A stretch of DNA of 64,000 nucleotides. It comes from Candidatus Kerfeldbacteria bacterium CG_4_10_14_0_8_um_filter_42_10. Its GTDB lineage: Bacteria > Patescibacteriota > Patescibacteriia > UM-FILTER-42-10. Both the position numbers and the translations under genes were made by a program. The notes under the pieces are model-generated. The model was not told where the DNA came from. It saw nothing but the letters and a program-made list of their open reading frames with translations, and did no database searches. Positions 47,291 to 56,954 of the stretch are shown piece by piece; within the stretch, counting starts at the first letter, position 1; every line of letters begins with the position of its first letter. The stretch lies in contig PFMD01000002.1 of assembly GCA_002784945.1 (NCBI GenBank), forward strand, positions 10,477 to 74,476, given 5' to 3'.

Positions 47291-48301
47291 ATGAACTCGC
47301 CAACCATTTCAGTCATCATGGCCGTATATAATGCCGAACCCTACCTTCATGAAAGTATCCAAAGTATTTTAACTCAAACATTTGATAATTTTGAGTTTTT
47401 TATTGTTGATGATTGTTCTACAGACGCTTCTCGAAAGATAATAACAGATTATGCGCAGAAGGATGCACGGATTAAATTACTATTTAATAAAGAAAGAAGT
47501 TATCCTGCAAAAACCAGAAACTTCGCCCTGCAGCAGTCAAAAGGGAAATATATTGCAATATTGGATGCAGATGATGCCGCGCTGCCGGAAAGATTAGAGC
47601 GACAGATAGAATATTTAGAGAACAACCTCGATATTTTTCTTCTGGGAACAGAAGCGACATTCCTTAACAGTTCTGGGAATGTTCTTAAGAAATCAAAGCC
47701 GCCCCGCGATTCGTTAACAATCGAGAAAACACTGCCATTGCGGAACTGTATCCTTCACTCGACCGTAATGTATCGCAATGAAGAAGGAATACGGTATCGA
47801 GAAAAATTAATTTTTTCGCATGACTATGATCTTTTTTTGCTGCTCCTGTCAAAAAAAAAGAAAATGATGAATCTTGATAAGGTGTTGGTAAAAAGGAGAT
47901 TGGCACCAAATTCAGTTGGTGAAACAAAAACCATTAAACAAGCGCTTTTTATGGAAAAAGCTAGGGAATTTTATCAACAGCGTGTAAGATATGGCCATGA
48001 TCACTATGATTCCTTTTCACCGACATCCATTATGGATATGGACGAAACTGCTTTATCTCGTGACCCTCGATTACTGAAGATAATGATCTACGACGCGTTG
48101 AAAAAGCGAAAAAAGCCCGAATTGAATTCATATTCAAGGAAATATCTAGCCGATCAAGGATATTTTAACCGCTATTTGTTTTTCTATCTATTCTCTTACT
48201 TGCCAAGATCTTTTATAAACGTTGCTGTTGAAACTGAAAGATTAATAAAAACGAAATGTACTTTTTTCCATAAAATCACAAAGGAACTATTTCGCCGATG
48301 A
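47291..48301 (+). CDS. GT2-family glycosyltransferase
   Basis: 336 aa; ISVIMAVYNAEPYL…FFIVDDCSTD, ILDADD (DxD). Confidence 0.75.
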   Translation: MNSPTISVIMAVYNAEPYLHESIQSILTQTFDNFEFFIVDDCSTDASRKIITDYAQKDARIKLLFNKERSYPAKTRNFALQQSKGKYIAILDADDAALPERLERQIEYLENNLDIFLLGTEATFLNSSGNVLKKSKPPRDSLTIEKTLPLRNCILHSTVMYRNEEGIRYREKLIFSHDYDLFLLLLSKKKKMMNLDKVLVKRRLAPNSVGETKTIKQALFMEKAREFYQQRVRYGHDHYDSFSPTSIMDMDETALSRDPRLLKIMIYDALKKRKKPELNSYSRKYLADQGYFNRYLFFYLFSYLPRSFINVAVETERLIKTKCTFFHKITKELFRR

Positions 48302-48320
48302 TTATCGTTTTTAAGTTGCG

Positions 48321-50699
48321 TTAACTCTTATCAGGACCGGGTATAATTTCATAAATCACCACGTCTTCAAATTTACCAATTTCTTTAAAGTATTGTCTAA
48401 GGTCAATTTCCTTATATATCTCTTGCACTGAGTTATCGTAATACTCTACATCATCATATAATTTTGCTAAAATCAAATCTGTTCTTTCGGTAGCAATTTG
48501 ATTTGTGTCTTCTGTAAAGAGATAAGCGAGGGAAATGAGATTATCCTGACCACTGGTATCGATCATTAGGTGGATATCATAAGTTTGCATTGCTTCATAA
48601 AATCCAAGTTCCTTAATATCATTTCTTATTTGCTGCAATTGTCCAGGATTCTTTATGGATCCAAGTGAAACGATCGGCCGGTTAGCATAAAAATAAAATA
48701 TCCGATATATTGATGCAAAATTGAGTATTTTGCCATTTACATCAGTTTTCTCATCAACAATTTTAATGAAACGCTGGATATTTTCTTTACTTAATCTGCT
48801 TTCCAGTACATAAGAAGGGTTCGGATTCAGATGTAGAGAGGAAATAATCACTAATCCGACAATCAACAATATCTTAAGGTAGCGATGGGAGGAAAACCGT
48901 TTCTCGATCTGATAAAATAATCCGGCGACAAAAAGAAAAATTGTCAAAATAAAGAAATGGTTGTAGTACCAAGCAAATCGAATAGACTTTGAAGCCAAGA
49001 TAAGAAAAACCAGTGAAGTAAGAAAAAAAGAAAAAAGTATTTTTAGTTTATTTCTGGGGAGCATCCAACACAACACCAAAGCAACGATAAAAAGTAATGT
49101 AACTGTCGGTATACTCATAAAAGAAATCCGACTAAGCAAGACAGTATAGAAGTCTGAAATTAATACAAGTCTGGAATCCGTGAGAAATTGGTCACTCAAC
49201 GATAAAAAATATTTTTCTAAAACCATTGCAAGCAAAATTACCAGAGTAATTCCGATAACTCCCAGACTGACATACCATAGGTATTTTATCTTTTGAATTT
49301 TCTTCAGCAGTTGGGTAAAAGGACCCTTGGTAATAACAAATGCGACTCCCAAAGACATGAGATACAAAAAGAAAAGCAAAAGGTTTTTAGTAATGCGATC
49401 CGGCTGTGACGGCGTCTGCTGTAAAAAAACATTAAACAGTCCTAGGGGGAGAAAGGCAAGCAGGGATAATTTGATCCAATAGATAATTCTTTCTTTTTCC
49501 GTGAAAAGAATAAGGAAACAGAATATTGGCAGCCCGATAACGATAAATGATAACTTACTCGTTAATGCAAAACCGAGCATTATAAAGGCAAGTTCCTTTC
49601 GTTGGTGAAAATAAAGATTCAGCGCGACCAGTAAAAAAACTAATGCCGGCAGATCTAAGGTCGTTATCCAAGTTATCAGATTGAATAGCGGCGTTAGAGA
49701 GAATAAAAATGTGACGGAAAGAGCAACAAGTGGCGAGAAAATTTTTTTTATCAGAATATAAACGTTCAGTAGTATGAATATTCCCGCTAAGGTAAGATAG
49801 ATTCGCACAATTTCTTCAATCGAGAAGTAATTTTCTAACGCAAAAAACGGCGCCAATGTCCATTCTAAAATAGGCATTCTCCAAAAACTCTTATACTGCT
49901 GTTCTTCCATTGTTCCAAACACACCGGTATAGGCCGGATTTCGGAATACGAACGGATTTTTTGCATTATACATTTCCTGAGCAGCAGGCACGTAACTGAC
50001 ATTTTTATCAGGATGCAGCCTAATAAAAAAAGAGTCGTTAAAATATGGGAGTCGAATCGCAACAAAAATTACAATAATTACACAAAATAAGGTAAGTCTA
50101 ATCCACCCGTTTCCGCAGCCCCAGCGAATAAAGGTCCGCAATAGCGGAATTTTACTGAGAGCGGGTAATTTCTGTTGGATTTCCTGCCAGCGTTTCTGCT
50201 TTATTCGTTCTGTTTCAGCCTCTCCCCCGTTAGTATTTCGCTTTGGATTATCACGCTCCTTATTCCCCTTAGAAATTTTTTTAAACCAATGAAGGCTTAT
50301 CGGATGCAACCAAAAACTTAACCCAATAAGCAAAGCGAGTGGATATGCGTGGATTGAAGCTACGGCAATAGAGTTGTATTGGTATTTAGCAAGAAGATAG
50401 CTAATGTCAAATGTAGCCAGTGCTATTAGAACCCAAAACAAAAAAAATTGTTTGTTCTTAGGTTGAGATAATGCTTGGTAAGCAAGGTATAAATCAATCA
50501 GAATAACAAGACCTATTTCTAAAGGCATAAATAGTAAGTTTGGCTGGATAATATGTATAATTAGCAAACAAAAAACGAACGCAAAAGCAACACCAATAGC
50601 TGCTAATAGTATTTTTTTATTCACCAGACCCAGAAATTTATCGTTCTTTATTCTATTTGATTTATCGCTTTTTGACAGTTCTAAAAAATTTAAGGACAT
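48321..50699 (-). CDS. large polytopic membrane protein, putative GT-C-fold glycosyltransferase (PMT_2/ArnT-like)
   Basis: 792 aa; more than 14 predicted TM helices, charged loop (…KGNKERDNPKRNTNGGEAETERIKQKRWQE…), about 170-aa C-terminal soluble domain. Confidence 0.35.
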   Translation of the reverse strand: MSLNFLELSKSDKSNRIKNDKFLGLVNKKILLAAIGVAFAFVFCLLIIHIIQPNLLFMPLEIGLVILIDLYLAYQALSQPKNKQFFLFWVLIALATFDISYLLAKYQYNSIAVASIHAYPLALLIGLSFWLHPISLHWFKKISKGNKERDNPKRNTNGGEAETERIKQKRWQEIQQKLPALSKIPLLRTFIRWGCGNGWIRLTLFCVIIVIFVAIRLPYFNDSFFIRLHPDKNVSYVPAAQEMYNAKNPFVFRNPAYTGVFGTMEEQQYKSFWRMPILEWTLAPFFALENYFSIEEIVRIYLTLAGIFILLNVYILIKKIFSPLVALSVTFLFSLTPLFNLITWITTLDLPALVFLLVALNLYFHQRKELAFIMLGFALTSKLSFIVIGLPIFCFLILFTEKERIIYWIKLSLLAFLPLGLFNVFLQQTPSQPDRITKNLLLFFLYLMSLGVAFVITKGPFTQLLKKIQKIKYLWYVSLGVIGITLVILLAMVLEKYFLSLSDQFLTDSRLVLISDFYTVLLSRISFMSIPTVTLLFIVALVLCWMLPRNKLKILFSFFLTSLVFLILASKSIRFAWYYNHFFILTIFLFVAGLFYQIEKRFSSHRYLKILLIVGLVIISSLHLNPNPSYVLESRLSKENIQRFIKIVDEKTDVNGKILNFASIYRIFYFYANRPIVSLGSIKNPGQLQQIRNDIKELGFYEAMQTYDIHLMIDTSGQDNLISLAYLFTEDTNQIATERTDLILAKLYDDVEYYDNSVQEIYKEIDLRQYFKEIGKFEDVVIYEIIPGPDKS

Positions 50700-50801
50700 T
50701 AGCTATAAAAATTATCATCATCTTCCAAAAGAGAATATACCATAAAAAAAAGTATTAAACAAATTTTACTTTAAGGATTATTGGCGATAAGTATTCCAAA
50801 T

Positions 50802-50830
50802 TTGATAAATTCCTTTGTTTTTGGTATGAT
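50802..50830 (+). promoter_or_regulatory. sigma70-type promoter TTGATA, 17 nt spacer, TGgTATGAT (extended -10)
   Basis: -35 at 50802-50807, 17-nt spacer, -10 at 50825-50830 with TG at -15/-14; 15 nt upstream of the 50845 ATG. Confidence 0.4.
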
Positions 50831-50844
50831 TTAAACAATATATT

Positions 50845-53841
50845 ATGAAAATATTGAATAAATACAAAAACAATTTTTTGGTTTTATTTTTATATTTTGG
50901 GTTAAGTATTATTTTCACCTATCCCTTATTTTTTAATTTCAGTAAGCAGATAGTAGGAAGAGGAGGTGATATATATCAAACTATTGCTATTATCAATAAC
51001 AACTTTGCAGGATTTAAAGAATTAGGATATTTAGAAAGCATTTGGTTTACTCTATCACATTTAAGGCTGGATCCTATTACAATTAATACTTATTTTCATT
51101 TCATATTCAAACAGCCTGTTGGCTATAACCTTTTTTGGTTTTTCTCTTTTGTGGCTTCAGGCTTTGGCGTTTATCTCTTAGTAAAACATATATTTAATAA
51201 TCTAAAATTAGGCGGTTTTGGCACCGTGGCTTCTGCTTTTATTGCTGGCCTTATTTACAGTTTTAATTCAGCTCATATTGCTTGGGGAATGGGATTCCGA
51301 GGCGCTACTCATATTGAATGGATTCCTTTTACCATCCTCTATCTTTTTAAATTTATTAAAAAGCCATGTCTTAAGAATTTTTTAATTTTAGGACTATTTT
51401 TCCTTCTGCTTATTACAGGCGAAAGTCATTTTGCCGCTTATTTTATTATCTTTCTGGTTCCCCTTCTTATCTTTTATCTGTCTCAAAATCGTCATATACT
51501 TAGGAATAAACTATTCAGAAGGTACACCCTAGCAGGATTAGTGCTGGGAATATTTATTGTTCTTTGGTTCTATCTTCCTCTAATTAAAGTTTCAGTTTCA
51601 GATGATAACTATTTAAATCCCGGCATTGAACAGACAATAAATTACTCTCCTGATATTCTTTCTATTATTACACCTAGTGAATTCAATCCTTTTTGGTCAG
51701 AATATTTTGCTCCGCTTCGAGAATCCTTTACCGGCAATGCCACTACTTATTCAAATTATTTGGGATTGACCGCTTTGATACTCTTTTTATTTTCTATTTT
51801 TTACGCGAAACGCTCCAGAATAAAGGAAATATATTTTTGGATTCTTTCCGCCATAGGGTTCTTTATTATTTCATTAGGACCATTCCTTCATTATTCAGGA
51901 ATAGTCGAACCGAAAATTCCCCTTCCCTATCTACTTCTGTATCATTATATCCCGTTTTTTGAAAATATTAGAGCGGTGGGAAGGTTCTGGGTAATTGCGC
52001 TCCTTTGCTTCGCCGTTGCTATTGCTTTTGGCTTCAAATTTCTCTTTGACCATTTATCTAAGAAAAGAGTTGGGGGTAAGGTATTAATCTTAGCTATTGT
52101 AATCTCGCTTATTTCTGTGGAATACCTTGCTATCCCGATCCCCTTTTCTTCCTTGGATTATTCGCCATTTTATGATCAAATTAAAGCAGCGCGAGGTGAT
52201 TTTAAGGTTGCTGATATTCCAGCCTCAACAAACTATATCGCTGATGCTAAAGCTAAATATTACGCCTCTATTTATCAGAAAAATCTCATCTCTGGCCTTG
52301 ACCCAGCAAGAAAAGTACCCGGCAAATGGGATTTACAAAGAACTACGCCGGTTTTAACCGAAATCTTATATACGCTTCCCAAAGGCAAGGACACTCCATC
52401 TGATATTATCAATCAAGATTATCCAGGCTTGGCCAATAAAATATTCTCCTATTTTGATATCCCCTACATAATCATTCAAAAAGAGTTCGTGGGAGATAAA
52501 CAGGATTATATTAAACCAGGTGATTTTGAGAAACTAAATAATTTCATTATAGATAATTTTGACATAGAAAAAAAATATGAAGATGATTATTTAATCGCCT
52601 ATACAATAAGAAAGGAGCAACCCGCCGACTTTTTTTATCTTACCATCGGAGACGGCTGGGAAGATTTGAATAATGAAAATAAAACCAGGCAAATTAAAAA
52701 AGAGGCGTCACTGAAGGTTCATAACCAATACTCTACAACTAAAAATCTTTCTTTAAGCCTTCAGGTTAAGAGTCCCGAGGACAGTTTCAGAACGGTTTCC
52801 TTTTACTTTAAAAATGAATTACTTGGCAATTATTTTGTTTTCGAAGAAATAACTCCCATTAAAATATTAGTTCCTAATATTCCCGTTGGGGAAAGCGATA
52901 TCACGATTAAAGTTACCAACTATAGTAAAAACGGCAAATATGAGTACCAGAGCGCAACATTCGGGAATATAGAATATAAAGTGATTGAAGAATTAAAAGA
53001 AACAAAGGAAATTAATTTATCAAGTGATGGTCCTAATAAAGCGATAATTAGTATTCCTACTTACTATTCCTATTATTTCCAAAAAGCTCAAATTAATGGA
53101 GAAAGAAAAATAGACAACCATCCTCTAATTTCTTTAGAAGATTTTATCATAGAAAATGAAGAAGGAAATTATACAGTCCTTAATACACTACCATTAATAA
53201 ACGAACTGTTTAAATCTGATGAAGAAAAATATTCCAAATTAGAAACCTATCGCGACATAAGAGAGGCTAATTATTACATGGATAACATTACCAATATCCT
53301 AGCTGAAAAAAATGTAGGATATATTTACCTAAACAAGAGCTCATTAAATGATAAGGAAAAAAAGAAACTATCAAAGCATCTAAATAAATATATCCCCTCC
53401 TTAGAAATAATCGAGGGTGACGAATTTATAATTTATAAGATCAATTCAGCGGAAAAAAATAACAGCGTCCCTTTTGTCATTAGTAATGGTTGGGATATAT
53501 TAGAGAATAAACTGGGGCAGAGTAAAAGGAGAAAGATTCACAATAGCGCTTCTCTTTATCTCTACTCTTATGATGAAAAGCCAGTAGAATTGAAATTTAG
53601 ATCCAAGACCTGTTCCGATAAAACAACCTACGGCTCTGTTGAAATTAACGAGGAACATGACAATACTTTCGTGGTAGAAGGTTCTAATTTTCAAGAAATT
53701 GCTCTAACTTCTATTTATCCCCTGAAGCTTGGGTTAAATAAATTAACAATCAATCTATTTAATGAACAAGGTCAGATTGATCAAAACATAAGGAATTGCC
53801 CAATTTGGGTATCGGACATAAGCATATATACTACGGAATAA
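50845..53841 (+). CDS. very large membrane protein (N-terminal ~13 TM core plus ~450-aa extracytoplasmic C-terminal domain), putative GT-C/YfhO-like glycosyltransferase
   Basis: 998 aa; hydrophobic N-terminal half, C-terminal half hydrophilic and Lys/Asn/Glu-rich; no catalytic motif identified. Confidence 0.3.
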   Translation: MKILNKYKNNFLVLFLYFGLSIIFTYPLFFNFSKQIVGRGGDIYQTIAIINNNFAGFKELGYLESIWFTLSHLRLDPITINTYFHFIFKQPVGYNLFWFFSFVASGFGVYLLVKHIFNNLKLGGFGTVASAFIAGLIYSFNSAHIAWGMGFRGATHIEWIPFTILYLFKFIKKPCLKNFLILGLFFLLLITGESHFAAYFIIFLVPLLIFYLSQNRHILRNKLFRRYTLAGLVLGIFIVLWFYLPLIKVSVSDDNYLNPGIEQTINYSPDILSIITPSEFNPFWSEYFAPLRESFTGNATTYSNYLGLTALILFLFSIFYAKRSRIKEIYFWILSAIGFFIISLGPFLHYSGIVEPKIPLPYLLLYHYIPFFENIRAVGRFWVIALLCFAVAIAFGFKFLFDHLSKKRVGGKVLILAIVISLISVEYLAIPIPFSSLDYSPFYDQIKAARGDFKVADIPASTNYIADAKAKYYASIYQKNLISGLDPARKVPGKWDLQRTTPVLTEILYTLPKGKDTPSDIINQDYPGLANKIFSYFDIPYIIIQKEFVGDKQDYIKPGDFEKLNNFIIDNFDIEKKYEDDYLIAYTIRKEQPADFFYLTIGDGWEDLNNENKTRQIKKEASLKVHNQYSTTKNLSLSLQVKSPEDSFRTVSFYFKNELLGNYFVFEEITPIKILVPNIPVGESDITIKVTNYSKNGKYEYQSATFGNIEYKVIEELKETKEINLSSDGPNKAIISIPTYYSYYFQKAQINGERKIDNHPLISLEDFIIENEEGNYTVLNTLPLINELFKSDEEKYSKLETYRDIREANYYMDNITNILAEKNVGYIYLNKSSLNDKEKKKLSKHLNKYIPSLEIIEGDEFIIYKINSAEKNNSVPFVISNGWDILENKLGQSKRRKIHNSASLYLYSYDEKPVELKFRSKTCSDKTTYGSVEINEEHDNTFVVEGSNFQEIALTSIYPLKLGLNKLTINLFNEQGQIDQNIRNCPIWVSDISIYTTE

Positions 53842-53941
53842 AATTTATATTTTCTGTAAAATTTAAATCGGAATCGGATAATTAGAATTATTTTAGCAAG
53901 TCTCAGTGCTGTCTGATACTTTTTTGTTTTTAATAATTATC

Positions 53942-54145
53942 TTATTCCTTCGTTAAAATATATAACGTTCCAGTTATAACAATGATTACTAAAAAAACAT
54001 TTATATCAAAAAAGGACAGTAAAAAATTATTGGAAAGGGAATTAAGCAAAAATAATACAAGGTAATTAATTATTGATGCAATTAGTACAAAAAAACTTGC
54101 TTTGCTTAAAAAAATTTTTGTTTCTTTCCACCAAAAACTGGTCAT
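53942..54145 (-). CDS. small 2-TM membrane protein, hypothetical
   Basis: 67 aa; start lies 1 nt from the stop of the upstream gene 54147-55655 (coupled). Confidence 0.3.
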   Translation of the reverse strand: MTSFWWKETKIFLSKASFFVLIASIINYLVLFLLNSLSNNFLLSFFDINVFLVIIVITGTLYILTKE

Positions 54146-54146
54146 T

Positions 54147-55655
54147 TTAACTTTTGGTCAATGATTTTTTAATGAAATTTATTACTTTACTGGGAAAATT
54201 CTGCAATGTTACCGGCGGTTTTTGATAGGTAACCTTAATATTAGTGATATTAATAATGCCCCCGGTTTCATTCAATCCCGGCGCGCTCAGACGAAATCTT
54301 ACATTATTATTTTTATCTTTATACAACCGGTTTAAATCAAAAGTATTTGATTTTACCAACCATCCGTTTTCCTTTTTGGGTGATGAGTATTCGGCGATTA
54401 AATAATCAAGAAGGTTAATGTCCGAATTATTCTTAATTCCGATAATATTATCGGGAAATGGATTGAAATACTGACTTTCGCTAAAAGCCATAAATCCATC
54501 AAAATTAATGGCTAAATCATTTTTTGGCACGTTAATCTTAATAATTCCGGAATCATTTAAATATTTGAAATTTCTGTTTAATTCATTTATTTCAAGTGAA
54601 TGAGAATCAAGCGAAATTTTTTGCAATCCCGAAGGGTGCGATGTTTTGAAGGTAATGGTTGATGCCTTAGCAAATAGATTGGTCGGTTTACTGCCGGGGG
54701 TTAAATCATTAAAGTATTCCTCGTTGTCAATTAAAAATAGATTTCTGGCAAAAACAAGGAGATGTTGGGCGGTGATCAGTTTAGAAATAGCGATATCGTC
54801 GTTTCCCTTTAGTTCTATTCGATAAACTCCCTCTTCTAAATCGGGAATTACGATTGATAGACTTTGCTCGGGCTGAAAAACTCCGGTCACTCCTTCAATT
54901 CCATCATCCGGCAACTCGCCGCTAAATATTTTTTCTCCGTCTACTTGCTTAATTACCTCCACTTTTAAAATATCTGATCCGGCGTATCGATTGAGATCAA
55001 ACTTGTTTATGGTGAAATTTAACTTCTCGTTCTTGAGATAAGTGTAAATAGTGTGACTTCCCCTTAAATTTCGATCGATAACTGTTTCTTTGTCTGATTT
55101 TTGATAATCCGGGATTACTTTTTTTAAATTGAAATTATAAAAGTATTCGCCGATTATCTCGTTTTGGGGAGGAGCGGAAATAAAATTCTGAAGGTCGGCA
55201 TATTTTGGATTCTTTTGATAAAGGGCGATCCCGTTTGCTTCGATTCTGTTCCAAGCTAGATTATCAATTAATTTATTCTCTAGCGGCTTTGTCAGATAGT
55301 CGCCCGCTTGATTGATCCTTGCGCCTATTTCAACTATCGGCACAATGGGATTTTTAAAAGTAATCTCCGTTGTAACGGCTTGAAACCACCTTGGAATCTT
55401 TACGTCAAAATATACTAAATCGTCTTTTATCCCCTGAGACCAATCGCCATTCGATTCTTCAATCGGCAGTAGTCTCTGCCAAGGCTCCAGATGCGATATG
55501 TATTCAGATTCTCCGGTAAAATCGTACGCCACCTCCAGATGGCCAAATGGCACAAAATATCGATTAAAAATCATTAAAAAAATAGCCAGGGAGATTCCCA
55601 GAGTTATTGTTTTTACTGCCCAAAGTAAGATGGCTAAAATCTTTTTATAATTCAT
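54147..55655 (-). CDS. N-terminally anchored extracytoplasmic protein, hypothetical
   Basis: 502 aa; single N-terminal TM (ILAILLWAVKTITLGISLAIFLMIF), rest hydrophilic; no family recognised. Confidence 0.35.
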   Translation of the reverse strand: MNYKKILAILLWAVKTITLGISLAIFLMIFNRYFVPFGHLEVAYDFTGESEYISHLEPWQRLLPIEESNGDWSQGIKDDLVYFDVKIPRWFQAVTTEITFKNPIVPIVEIGARINQAGDYLTKPLENKLIDNLAWNRIEANGIALYQKNPKYADLQNFISAPPQNEIIGEYFYNFNLKKVIPDYQKSDKETVIDRNLRGSHTIYTYLKNEKLNFTINKFDLNRYAGSDILKVEVIKQVDGEKIFSGELPDDGIEGVTGVFQPEQSLSIVIPDLEEGVYRIELKGNDDIAISKLITAQHLLVFARNLFLIDNEEYFNDLTPGSKPTNLFAKASTITFKTSHPSGLQKISLDSHSLEINELNRNFKYLNDSGIIKINVPKNDLAINFDGFMAFSESQYFNPFPDNIIGIKNNSDINLLDYLIAEYSSPKKENGWLVKSNTFDLNRLYKDKNNNVRFRLSAPGLNETGGIINITNIKVTYQKPPVTLQNFPSKVINFIKKSLTKS

Positions 55656-55715
55656 AACTGAATCTAATTATAGGAATATTTAATTTTTTGGTCAATCTAA
55701 CTGTTTTAATAAAAT

Positions 55716-56882
55716 AGTTTGGTGAATAATGTCTCGGCCGTCATTCCCGCCCGCCTTGCCGGCGAGGCAGGCGAAACTTGCCCTCGTGAAAACGAGGGGC
55801 GGGAATCCAGAATTTATGTTTAAAATTGGTTAATTACAGTATCCGCTGGATGCCGGATCGTGTCCGGCATGATATTATTCACCAAACTCTCTAGGGAGTC
55901 TGGTGAATATTAACAATAGAGTATCTGGTGTGGCCAGGAACTCAAGGATTTCCATAATCGAGGTCAGATAACAGTTAGTTTGGAAATTCTTCAGTCCCCG
56001 AGTTCGTTCTTCACCAAGATGAAATACCCGTTTCTTTCGGGAGAAGTATCGCTCAATCTCAGTGCGTTGGTTGATTAGAGTTTGATCTAAGCATCTTTCT
56101 CTGGCTTTTTGATAATAGTTGTATGATTTCTTTTGTTCTTCTAAGGTTAGTTTCTGGGTGGTTTTTCGGATGGGAATAGCCACTCTACAGAATTCCCACT
56201 TCTGTTTAGTCTGCCAAACTAGATCTTGCGCATCGTAACCTTTGTCTGCTGCTAAGGAATGTGCCTTCCAATCCCTTTGACCTGCTCGAATTAGCTTCTC
56301 TCCTAGGACGACATCAGCTTGAGCGCCTCCAGTTACAGTTTGCAATAATGGTAATCTTGTCTCAAAATCAATGATTTGGTGCAATTTAAAGCCGTTTTTC
56401 TCTTTGTAGCCTGAATACTCTGAGCCTTGTTCATTCTTCCCTGAATAGGTCTTAACGAATGAAGAATCTAGAATTAGATTTAAGTCTTTCAAGTTTTTAG
56501 CAATCACCCTGGTTAAGCTTTGGAAAACCTTAGTAAACCATTGTTTCTTAATCAGTCTTTGTCGAAACTTAATGAAAGTGGAGTAATCAATACTAGAGAT
56601 ACTCTCTAAATCCCGATAAGAACAACTCATTAATTGTTTGTAGATTAGAAGCCTAAACAGGTATACTTTGTCATAGCCCCTTCTGCCTCGGCCTTTGTAT
56701 ATTAATAGCTTAGAAAGAACCTTTATTACCAGATTATGGTTTAACCATTGAAATCTGGAAAATACTGGTATATGATATTGATACATAAAGACTTTTGATT
56801 TTGGTTTAGTTTTTATTAGATATATTAATTTTACCAAAATCTAAGTCTTTTTGTTATTAAAGAGCATTATTCACCAGACTCT
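55716..56882 (-). mobile_element. IS5-family insertion sequence (~1.17 kb). Alternative reading: 0.99-kb IS at 55896-56882 plus adjacent 173-bp MITE-like derivative at 55716-55888
   Basis: Terminal inverted repeats AGTTTGGTGAATAATG (55716-55731) and CATTATTCACCAGACTC (56865-56881) match at 15 of 16 positions. An internal second inverted copy GAGTCTGGTGAATA (55896-55909) is a perfect 14-bp match to the 56868-56881 end. ATTATTCACCAAACT (55874-55888) is a perfect 15-bp inverse of 55716-55730. A single DDE transposase ORF lies between. No clear target-site duplication seen. Confidence 0.6.
55875..56837 (-). CDS. IS5-family DDE transposase
   Basis: 320 aa; N-terminal InsH-type HTH region (YRDLESISSIDYSTFIKFRQRL), ADKGYDAQDL (DKGYD motif of IS5/IS4 transposases), C-terminal E…R/K region (LGEERTRGLKN). 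The last 7 codons and the stop run into the nested terminal-repeat copy. Confidence 0.75.
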   Translation of the reverse strand: MVKLIYLIKTKPKSKVFMYQYHIPVFSRFQWLNHNLVIKVLSKLLIYKGRGRRGYDKVYLFRLLIYKQLMSCSYRDLESISSIDYSTFIKFRQRLIKKQWFTKVFQSLTRVIAKNLKDLNLILDSSFVKTYSGKNEQGSEYSGYKEKNGFKLHQIIDFETRLPLLQTVTGGAQADVVLGEKLIRAGQRDWKAHSLAADKGYDAQDLVWQTKQKWEFCRVAIPIRKTTQKLTLEEQKKSYNYYQKARERCLDQTLINQRTEIERYFSRKKRVFHLGEERTRGLKNFQTNCYLTSIMEILEFLATPDTLLLIFTRLPREFGE

Positions 56883-56893
56883 TTTAATCTAGG

Positions 56894-56922
56894 TTCTCAG
56901 AAATTTGATTTTATGTTATAAT
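56894..56922 (+). promoter_or_regulatory. candidate promoter TTCTCA, 17 nt spacer, TGtTATAAT (extended -10), just outside the IS end and upstream of the flippase gene
   Basis: -10 TATAAT at 56917-56922 with TG at 56914-56915; weak -35 at 56894-56899. Confidence 0.3.
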
Positions 56923-56954
56923 ATCAATTATTCTAACAGCTATCAATACAATTT

